In this document: piece after piece, positions 1 to 9,840 of the stretch
Position numbering within the stretch: position 1 is the stretch's first letter
Layout: each line of letters opens with the position of its first letter
Assembly: GCF_009914755.1 (NCBI RefSeq)
Contig: NC_060927.1
Length of the DNA: 64,000 bases
Strand: one strand, 5' to 3'
Origin: the human T2T-CHM13v2.0 reference genome, Homo sapiens
Translations under genes and position numbers: made by a program
The notes under the pieces: generated by a model
Told to the model about the DNA's origin: nothing
Seen by the model: the letters and a program-made list of their open reading frames with translations, nothing else
Databases searched by the model: none

Positions 1-324
1 TCTGTAATTGTAATCTGAATTGTAATCCTCAGTTGCTGAGGGAGGGACCTGGTGGAAAGTACTTGGACCATGGGAGTGGTTTCTCCTATGCTGTTCTTAT
101 GATAGTGAGTGAGTACTCATGAAATCTGATGTGTTTATAAGAGGCTGTTCCCATTACACTCTCACTCTCTCCTGCTGCCATGTAAGATGTGCCACGTTTG
201 TAAATTTTCTGGGGCCTCCCAAACCATGTGGGACTGTAAGTCAACTAAACTTCTTTCTTTTATAAATTGCCCAGTCTTGGGTAATATCTTTAGAGCAGTG
301 TGACAGTGTGAGAATAGACTAACA
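1..324 (+). mobile_element. MaLR LTR (THE1C/THE1D/MSTA-like), cut by the window start
   Basis: Motifs GGGAGGGACCTGGTGG, TGCTGTTCTTATGATAGTGAGTGAG, CTGCCATGTAAGATGTGCC and TTTATAAATTGCCCAGTCTTGGG, with terminal GACTAACA, match the THE1/MST LTR consensus. Confidence 0.85.
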
Positions 325-330
325 TAGTCA

Positions 331-557
331 TCCTTCTCCTTTTCCTTCTTCTTCTTCTTCCTCCTCCTCCTCCTCTCCTTCTCCTCCTCCTCCTTCTCCT
401 CCTCCTCCTTCTCCTTCTCCTCCCCCTTGTCCTTCTCCTTCCCCTTCCCCTTCCTCCTCCTCCTACTTCCCTCCTTCTCCTTCTCCTCCTCCTCCTCCTT
501 CTTCTTCTCCTTCTTCTTCTCCTTTTTTTCTTCTTCTTCTTCCTCTTCCTCTTCTTC
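331..557. repeat. (TCC/TTC)n polypyrimidine low-complexity tract
   Basis: About 227 bp of C/T with only two purines (G429, A465). Confidence 0.95.
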
Positions 558-2189
558 ATCATAAAAGAGATTAAAGTTTAAAGCTTATTGGGTTAACTTT
601 ATTTGTCTCCTGTAGCATTCATGGCTGTCATAAATCTAACACCTTATTGGTCTTTTATATCCATAGTGGCACTCAATAGTCAAAAACATCTTCCATAAGG
701 CTCTAGATAATCTTTGAAAGACATTCAATTAGAAATTTAGGCTGAGTCTCTCTTGTTTGTAAAATTTTGACCTAAGAAAATATAAAAATAGTTCAAATTA
801 TAATATAATAATTAAACTTAACACTTCTAAATATCATGAATGTTTACATATATATTTGAAAAAACATTACTCCCATTGTGGTATTGTGAATGATAGTTTA
901 TAACATTTCAAATAGTATTATACCAATCATTAAAACACTAGAAATTTTGATGCTGAATATAATGTCTACATGTTTGTATGTGTATATATACATTTACTTA
1001 CCAAATTATTCAGTGCACACATTTCAGGAGCTATGTAAAATGTGACATTAAAGTATGATCAATATTTATGTGAAATTAGGGTTAAATTACTCTTTACATA
1101 CAAAATTCAAGTGCTAAAAGAAAAATGTGCATCAAAAGCAGCACACAACGCATATTAATATAAAATGAAGTAAATTATTACATCATTGTTGATAATAGCC
1201 TTAGAAATAAAATTTTTTAATGATTTGTTGTATCTATTTATATATAAACAGTATTATAAGGTAATTTATTATTTTAGTAATTATGGTCCCACATATAATA
1301 CAAATAATGGATTCATGGTTGAATACACAGGTGAACTGAAACATTTTCTGTAACATATTGCTTTAATCCTCACTCTGTATTTTAACTAAAACGTCCATTC
1401 TTCTCTACACATTAAAAGAGATTGACAGGCAAACAATATTTAACAAGGATCTGTGATATATGAAATACTCTAGTATAATATCACAGAGCATGAGATTCTA
1501 CTCTTGTAAATTTTGAGACTAACACCTTAAAAAAATAGAAAAAACAACATAGCTTATTGAAATAAAAAATGTTATAAAATTATTTTTGAAGAAAACATCA
1601 AAGTACGAAATAAACTTTGAAAGTTATGTTTGGTTATTTCTGTGTTTTTTATTTAATGGCACTTTGTTGCTTTCAACATTGCCCCTAAGTCTTATGTAAT
1701 TTTATCAGTTATTCTATAATCCTTAGAATTTAACAAAACTTACATAAATTTATTTTCGCTCATTTTAATTGGCAAAGAAATTGAGACCTAAAATAAAAAG
1801 TCATAGCACCTGCTATAAAATATTTATATGTGAATAAAGAGATATCACGATTTCACTGACACAACAGGAAATAAAAGCCTCATTATTTTGTAATATATGT
1901 ACATATTTAGGGTAACTTGTCACTTTTTCAAAATCAAAATATGTATACGTTTACTTTCTTGCATAGTATTTGTGGACAAAATGAATGCAGCTATTTGCAT
2001 GTATTCTTAGTCTTCTTCAAACACTTCATATCTATCAATAAGATAAACTGTGCAAACCTATAATAATATATTTAATCATTATGAAAACTATATGGTTTTA
2101 TTTATCATGAAAATTTGTGATAGTTTAATGATCAAGCATTTGCATTGCTTAGCTAATTTTATTATGAAAAAAAGTTAAAATTTGGCCAG

Positions 2190-3005
2190 TATGGAAACCT
2201 CATGCATAACTGGTGGTAATATAAAATAGTGCAACTGCCTTGGCAAACAGTCTGGCAGTTCCTCCAAATGTTAGACCTCGAGTTACCAGCAATTCTACTC
2301 CAGGTAAATAAACAAGATAATAAAAGCATACAACCATGCAGAAACATGTACACAAAAATTCATAACTTCCTTATTCATATTAATTTGTATTTATATTGAT
2401 CTATAGTGGTGATGAAGTCCTCTCTTCACTTATTGTTATTCTGACTGTTTGTTCTAGCCATAAGTGCAAGTGGGCCATGGAAGACTCCTACCATTACTGT
2501 GGAGTTGTCTATTTCTCCCTTTAGTTCAAAAACCTCACATGACCCAATTGTTTATTTCTGATGAATTTATTTAAAAAGTGGTATGTCCATATAATAAAAA
2601 TGACGCCTGAATAAAAAGGAATAAAGTAGCAATACATGCTACAACATGAATGCACCTTGAAACAATTATGCTAAATGTAATAAGACAGTCACAAAAGACC
2701 ATATACTCTATGATTTCCTTAGATGAAATACATCCAGCAGAGGCAAACCCACAAGTAGATTACTGTTTTCCCAGAGTTGAAAAGAGGGGTGGTGGATATT
2801 GGTAGGTTAGGTGGGAAGAAGGATGTGATTGCTATTGGGAATGCAGCTTCTCTTTTTCTGGGAAGGAAATGTGTGTTCTAAAATCAGATTTTGGTGGTGA
2901 TCGAACAACTATGAATTCACACTTCAATAAAAGAAAAATATTCAACTGTGCATTTTAAATATATGAATTGTAGATTATGAATTACATGTCAGTAAGTCTT
3001 CTAAA
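2190..3005 (+). mobile_element. Old L1M (L1MB/L1MC-type) 3' end, interrupted by an antisense L1 fragment at 2381-2527
   Basis: GGAAACCTCATGCAT...AAACAGTCTGGCAGTTCCTC...ATACATGCTACAACATGAATG...ATTATGCTAAATG match the old L1 ORF2 C-terminus and 3'UTR. Confidence 0.75.
2381..2527 (-). mobile_element. Internal L1 endonuclease-region fragment, antisense
   Basis: TTGTTCTAGCCAT...GAAGACTCCCTACCATTACTGTGGAGTTGTCTATTTCTCCCTTTAGTTC resembles the reverse complement of the L1 ORF2 EN region (IIVGDFN motif). Confidence 0.65.
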
Positions 3006-5334
3006 AATCTAAGAATATTTTTACTTAGAACAATTTAATTTCAAATAATTATAATATTTTATACCTTCATTGGTGATTATATAGTATATGAAACTTCAGT
3101 GGGTAAAAGCATCTTTGAACATATGGAAGATAATAAAATGAAAAACATTTATTTCAATTCCCAATTAAACTGATATAGATTAAAATAAAAATGTCGGCAA
3201 ATTCTGCATACTGAAATATTTAATAGGTGAGGCCCCAATACTGAATTTTTACTAAAATTGTAGAAATACTAACAAAATGACTTCATTATGAAATTCTGAC
3301 TATTGTATATTTGAAATTAGATGTTAAATCACACTAAAATTTATGTTTAATCAGTTTTTAAAATACAATCAGTCTTTGAAAAGATTAGACTCACCTTTAC
3401 CAGCACCTGTCTATCAAAGTGCTCAAAATCCGTATGTTTTTGATTTTTTAGTGGGTCATTAGCCCATGAATGGTTAGCAGTACTCTCACAAAAAAAATCA
3501 ACAATGCAATTTGAAAAGTCTCGCTATTGATAAATGAGACATGCTCCATATTGATTTAGGAAGTACTTATCATTTAACATTTTCAGCTTGATATAGCAAA
3601 ATAAGCACTCAATAAACTGTTCACCTACACAGAGAACCATGCTACTTCGATTACACTCGAGTTGATTAAGGCCAATTTAATGATAATTAGTAATTTACAA
3701 GGTCAAGAGGCACACATTTCTAACTCCATGTTGCTAAAATGGTCACATCTCATATATCGGTAAGAATGCCAAGTGAAGTACACATATGAAAACTATGTGT
3801 AATAGGGTTTTGTATTTTATGAATCTAAATAAATTACCTAAAATTAAATTCAGCTACTTTTCATAAGATTCACATATTCATCTTTAGCTGCTGACACACT
3901 TTTATTTTTATGATTATTTCTAAACATAAAGATAAAACACCTGTTGATTTACTTCCAGCAAAGAAGAATCCATATATTTAATTCATTTTCAGTTTCTATA
4001 TAATGCTGCTCTTTGATTTGGTATGACATTTCTTTTTTATTGCTAGAGAAGTCATATGATATTTTTGTAGTACATATGCATCCTTAATTACAAAAATCTT
4101 ACTTTATTGTTGATTTCATCACTAAATTATCCAAAGGCGAAAACATATGTATAGGTACACACATTGCAAAGCATCACACGTAACTCAGAAAATGTTAAAA
4201 ATAAGTGATACTTACTATTTGTAAGTAAAATTACATTTATTTCATTTGAATGAATTTTTAGGAAAATTAAGTTGTTCTAAAACACAGGGAGTAAGAGAAG
4301 GACAAATAGAATTTGACTTATTTAATTTCTCAACCATTATACTCCACCTTTAAATTATAATAGCTATGAAGTACTATGTAATACATTATTAGAAAATAAA
4401 ACAGTCTTTATTTTCCTCTCTCAAACATATAGGCTACACATATACCCCCACACACAAACTTTTGCAGTATTAGAAGTAACTCAATATGACTTTGCAGAAT
4501 GATATATATCATCCAGCATATGTTTTAATGAAATATTTGGCATTGTGTTATCAAAAATATTGAGAGTGAGCTAAAACTGTTTTCACTTGAAAAAAGCTGG
4601 AGAGACACAGGTCCAAAATGCTTAATATAAACGTGTCAATATACAACATCTGAATTTAAAAGATAAAAATGGAATATGCATTCCTTAATGGGATTTGTTA
4701 AGTATAAAGGTAAAACAAATAATTTCCTTATTTATAGCCATCAAAGAAAGAGATGAATTGAACTCAGTCCAGCTTGCTATCTTTTATTATTTTTAACAAT
4801 GGTTTTACATTTTTCATTAAATGTTGAAGGTGTTCAGACTAAGATGTGTTTTTAAACCAAATATATATTATGTGAGATGTCCTTTACAACAGTATTCCAA
4901 TTAGCAACATGATATTAATCTAGGTTTTAATATGATCCCAAAAGTTTCTCCGTAGATTTTTAATTTGTACTATGGAATCACTCAGTCTACTTTTTAGTAA
5001 AAATATGATAGATATTGATTCAGCATTTGTTGCTGTTATTATTAAGACATAATGTTCATAAAAAAACTTTGTAAATATGTCAAAAATACAGAAATGTGCC
5101 AAAAATACATAAAAGTCTTGCCAAATTACGTAAATTCTCACCAAAATATACAAAAATACACAACTTGAAGTTTATTACAAAATTTTTATTAATTTTCAAA
5201 GAAAACACATTTTTGTCCTTTCGGTAAATGTAACATTATAAATTTATAGTCTGAAGCCCAAAATAAAATTGACACAGATAGAAATAATGTGATTTTGAAA
5301 GGTAACATTTTAAAAAAATTCATATTTGCCTTCA

Positions 5335-5700
5335 GTGATGTCAGACAGTTTCAATCGTTAAAGAAGATTCACTAGATACAACATGACAATGCTTAAAAAT
5401 CTGAAGTTTATTATAGGAAAAAGATGCAATATAGTAATAGTATTAAAGTGAAGATACACATCATAGCTAGCAGCTGCCTCACAGTAAAGGGTTCAGAGTA
5501 GCTACACTTAAGCTCCTATCACCATTCCTCTGTAAGAGCCATGCTTGGACAAAATTTCTTTTCTAGATCAGAAACCGCTAACATGAGCAAAGAACACCTC
5601 AGAATTTTGAAGTCCAAAATCGGCTATTTGAAGTTTATTTGATGTTTAATGTTCCCTGTTATCACATATTTTAATTCTAACTCTTCCATTGATGGGTAAA
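5335..5700. mobile_element. Possible ancient LTR remnant (MER21/MER77-like)
   Basis: Weak resemblance only: GATTCACTAGA...GTTTATTATAGGAAAAAGATGCA. Confidence 0.3.
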
Positions 5701-5774
5701 TTTCATAGGAACAGCTATGTTCTTAATATATGAATTATCTTAAGGAGCCTTCTTTGCTTTGTTCTTGGACCTAC

Positions 5775-7332
5775 TGTCACAGGATCCTTAGGGTGTTGCT
5801 TTGCCAGTAAGAAACCTCTGTGGCTGGTGGTGCATTCTGCCTGAATACTGCTTGCACCTGCTGGGCTTGTTCTGCCTACTCAGCCCAGCAGACTGTGCTC
5901 TACTTGCACTACCAGCACAGATCACACATCTACCACCTGCAAGCCAGTTGCAGAGTGGCAAGGGGTGTGTGGGTGAGCGAGCACAGGGTCCAGCCACAGC
6001 ACACAGCCATGCACACTGGCTGCTGCTGTGGGACGAGAGGCTCCAGCCATCGGCACAGGGTCCAGTTCTGTGTGAGGCTGTTGCTGGACCAAATGTAGTG
6101 CTCGTGGCTTCCACTGTAGGCACCCATGTCTGGAAGAGGGGAACACAGTGGCACCCAGAAGCTTGGAGATGCCAGAAACTGCTGAACCCCAAAAAAGGTG
6201 TCATAGCCCTGGCTCAGGGATCCCCTAGGTCTGGGTTCCCCAAAGGGATGCAGATCTTCTCTACTTCTCATCACTTGCAATGTGGCAAGCAGGGGTGTTT
6301 CAGCCCTGTTTCTATGTTACAGCTCTTTTATTCCTACCTTTCGGCAGGTCCTGTGTTCTTGTCTCATGCAGAGGAAGAGTGAGGTATGCAGACAACTGGA
6401 GAGTGAGCAAGGTGGAGAGGAACTTCATTGAGTGGCAGAGCAGCTCTCAGGAGACCCAAACTGGGTACCTCCCTTCTGCAGGCAGGTAACCCTGATGTCT
6501 GGGCAACCCTCAGTGGAGAGGTGACCTGGAGTGGGTAGCTACTATCCTCAGGCAGGTCTTCCCCTTATCTGTCCAAGTCTGGCTGAGTCTGGGGTTTTTA
6601 TGGGCTTCAGAGAGGAGAAAAATGCATGCTGATTGTTCCATGGGTGGTCAGGGTTGGTCTAAGAAAAAGCACCATAAGTTCTCACTCTGGTCTGTAGAAC
6701 TGGCAGCCCCGGCCCAGGCTTCAAGTCATCCCTGGCTTGAAGGTGGGGCTTCAATGGGGACCCACCCCTTTCTGCCCAGGAACCTGTCTGCCTCCTGCCA
6801 TCATCAACCTGCCATCCATGGTGCCCAGGCTGTTCATGCTGAGGGACACCTGCAGGCCCACACTGAGCTGCCCTCAGCCCATCCTCAGCCTTCCTTCTGT
6901 GCTCCTTGGTGCCCAAAGTCTGGAGGAGGCTAAGGCAGCAGTGTCCTGGCATGTCAGCACTGCCCCATCTATGTACACACCTGGCTGGGTTGTGACAGTG
7001 TCTGGGCTAGACTTCAACTTTGCTACAAAATTGGAACAGGCACAATGAGCAAGGAGAATCCAGGCAGCAGGAGCAGGCACTTCTGAGCCTGTGGGATAAG
7101 GGGGACTTCCAGGGTCCCCAAGAATACAGGGATTCCTAGGTCTGCAGCCATGGCTGGGTGGCTGCAGCTGCTCCCGGGAGGGCAGGGCTCCCACCCCTCC
7201 AACTCAAAATGGGGTAGTGCCCCTGCCTGTTCCTGACCCTGCCAGCTCTGTGGAGTGCAAAGCCTCAGCCATGCCTCCCCCACTGCAGCTGGCATCATGG
7301 CAATGGCCATGATGGGCTGCATCATGCCATCA
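5775..7332 (-). mobile_element. MER52-family ERV1 solo LTR (~1.56 kb)
   Basis: TG...CA termini (TGTCACAGGATCC ... GCCATCA). Perfect 4-bp TSD CTAC at 5771-5774 and 7333-7336. GC-rich island matching the MER52 consensus in reverse. Confidence 0.85.
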
Positions 7333-7531
7333 CTACCCTCCTGTTTATTTCAACTCAATCAAAATTCCAAAAGATAAAGTTAATACAACCTAAAATTGAA
7401 GGCAGAAAACTCCAACAGATCCCTCTTAATAGCCCAAAACCAACTCAATTAAAAATGATTTTTGTTGTTGTTTTTAATAGGAACTCATATTTATTTTGTA
7501 TTTCTAGAACAGTTATGGATCAGAATGTATT

Positions 7532-7619
7532 TTCTTTTTTTTATTATATTTTAAGTTCTAGGGTGCATGTGCACAACGTGCAGGTTTGTTACATATGTAT
7601 ACATGTGCCATGTTGGTGT
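7532..7619 (-). mobile_element. Extremely 5'-truncated L1PA 3' end (~90 bp)
   Basis: Poly-T followed by TTAAGTTCTAGGGTGCATGTGCACAACGTGCAGGTTTGTTACATATGTATACATGTGCCATGTTGGTGT. Possible short TSD TTCTTT and a TTT/AA endonuclease site. Confidence 0.9.
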
Positions 7620-8899
7620 TCTTTAAGGAGTAAATTCCAGAATTCTTAAAATGGCTAATAAGTACTTTCACAGTCTGAATTTAGTCTATTTTTCTTAGTA
7701 CTATAAACTTAGATCCAAGCAATTATAGATTTGACAATACAAAATTATCATTACTGTGATTTCATAGGAGCACCCATGTTTATATATTTCTTCCTATAAA
7801 TCATTTGTATCACAATACAAAATTATCATTATCGTATTGTAAAATCTATAATTCAGTAAAGAATTCTTGTTCTTTACAGAAAGATAGCGGCATGGAGCAT
7901 TTTTCACCTCATGGACTCCTACTCATTATTAAATGAACATGTTTAATATCACCTCCCTCTGAATTCTTCCTGTGTCCCTGCATTTCTAGAAGTACAGGAA
8001 ATGTAGTCTTTATAGCCTGCAACACAGTGAGATCACAAACCTTATTTAGGTGGCAGTGGTCCTAAATAGTTCTTGATTCACCTGACCTGTATTGAGGTGA
8101 GCAATCTGCATCTTAATCATTTATTCCTGTTTATCTGTTGGTTTTGTTTGTGTTTTTCCACCGCATACTTTAAGCAACACTATTCTAAATACAATTGCTT
8201 AAGACTGAGTATTTGGGCACTGAAACGTTAAGGGGAATTTTCAACAGGTATTCATTGATTATAGAAAGCTAATATTTGAAATAAATTTTCATTAGGAATT
8301 ATAAAGGCGCCTGGTTAGTCTTTGCTATTAACAGATACTTATAATTTATTCTTAATTTACTTATGAAAATAACATTGGATAAATGATAAATTGTGTGTCA
8401 TATTCACTGGTACACATTTTTAACTTCCCATTACTAATCAGCTATCAATTTGGCCAAAGAATCTTGTCTCTCCTGGCACCATCTGGGTTGTCTCTGCTTT
8501 TCTTTCTTCAAATGATGATGCAATCCTCCCATATGATTTTTTTTTTTCCATTCTCCCTGTCACAACTGGAGAGAAATTTACTGTTTTCCATTTCATTCCC
8601 AATTTTGTTGGCAATGTAGCTTTCAATAAAGTCCTTATGAATGAATAAATTTACAAACAAAATAAAATGACTGTGAAATAATATCTAACATATAAAAATA
8701 TGATAGTTTTTTAGTTAAACATACTTTTAATGATTTATCTTTATTTGTATGTGCTTTAACAATGCTTTTGTTGTTCAGAGTTTTCTTTGGCATGATTATT
8801 TTATCCTAGGTTTAAAAATCTGTTACACATTTGTTTTGAATAGCCTTAGTAGGTATTCAAACCTTGAGGATAGGGAATTCTTTAAAAATAAACATATAT

Positions 8900-9048
8900 G
8901 GCCGGGCGTGGTGGCTCATGCCTGTAATCCCAGCCCTTTGAGAGGCCAAGGCGGGTGGATCATGAGGTCAGGAGTTGGAGACCAGCCTGGTCAACATGAC
9001 GAAACCTGCTCTACTAAAAATACAAAAATTAGCCAGGCATGGTGGTGC
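8900..9048 (+). mobile_element. AluS (Sg-like) left monomer, 3'-truncated
   Basis: GGCCGGGCGTGGTGGCTCA through the A-rich linker TACTAAAAATACAAAAATTAGCC. Stops abruptly after GGTGGTGC. Confidence 0.92.
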
Positions 9049-9345
9049 CTTCCTAAAGCTTCTGGTGGCTTTAGGCGTTCCTTGACTTGTGGCAACTTAA
9101 TTTCAGTCTCTGAACTTCTTTTCTCTATGTCTATGTCTCAAATGTCTCTCTGTCTTTTCTTACAAGGGTATTTATCATAGGATTTAGGATAATAAATCCT
9201 AAATCCAGGATGGTCTCATCTGAAGATACTTAATTACATCTAGAAAGATTTTTTAAATTTTCATTCCAAATGAGGTCATTTACATGGGTTCCAAGAATTG
9301 AAACTTGAGCACATCTCTTTGGGGGTTAATTTTCAACCCAAAGCC
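9049..9345 (-). mobile_element. MLT1B/MLT1C LTR fragment
   Basis: AGCTTCTGGTGG..TTCCTTGACTTGTGGCA..CTTAATTACATCT..TTCCAAATGAGGTCA..TTCAACCCA. Confidence 0.8.
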
Positions 9346-9719
9346 CATACCAAAACATTTGTGAACATTTCCATGAAGGTTTCCTGAAATATTTTCAATA
9401 AAAAGTATTGTATTGATTGAAGTAGACAACCGGCTGATAAACCATTTTATTCTCTCTCTCTCTCATTCTCTGTATTATTCTATGTACATTCACATACATG
9501 TACACACACAAATCATCTGGTATATTACTTTAAGAAACAAAAGTAATCCCATTGCTTTAGGTTTACTTTACATTTCTCAACAACTTTTTTCAAAATCTCA
9601 CTAATTATCATGGGACTAAACATGAAACTGTGCAAATATTAAAAGGGACAATAACAGAAATCCTGCAATTTGTATAGTGACTAACAAGTCAATATACAAG
9701 AAAAAGTCAGCATGTATAG

Positions 9720-9840
9720 CTCCTTTTCATTGATGAGGAAATTTAAGCTAATAAATTCATTGTTTTTGCAAAATTAAATCACTGATAGAGTAGAGGATGT
9801 TTACAAAGACCATGCTCTTGACTTCAGGCTCTGATCTCCT
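9720..9840 (-). mobile_element. MIR fragment
   Basis: Degenerate core TTCATTGATGAGGAAATTTAAGCT and TCTTGACTTCAGGCTC. Confidence 0.45.

Noticed and set aside
290-562. 90-aa poly-Arg/Lys/Gly ORF resembling a protamine
   Set aside because: It is the translation of the GA-rich strand of a simple repeat, with no gene context.
5788-7325. Cluster of overlapping 69-193 aa ORFs on both strands
   Set aside because: All lie within the GC-rich MER52 LTR, where stop codons are scarce. No domain similarity recognised.
8749-9180. 143-aa ORF, and the similar Alu-spanning ORFs at 13023, 19922, 20269, 42512, 45401, 60028 and 62545
   Set aside because: Typical Alu-derived translations.
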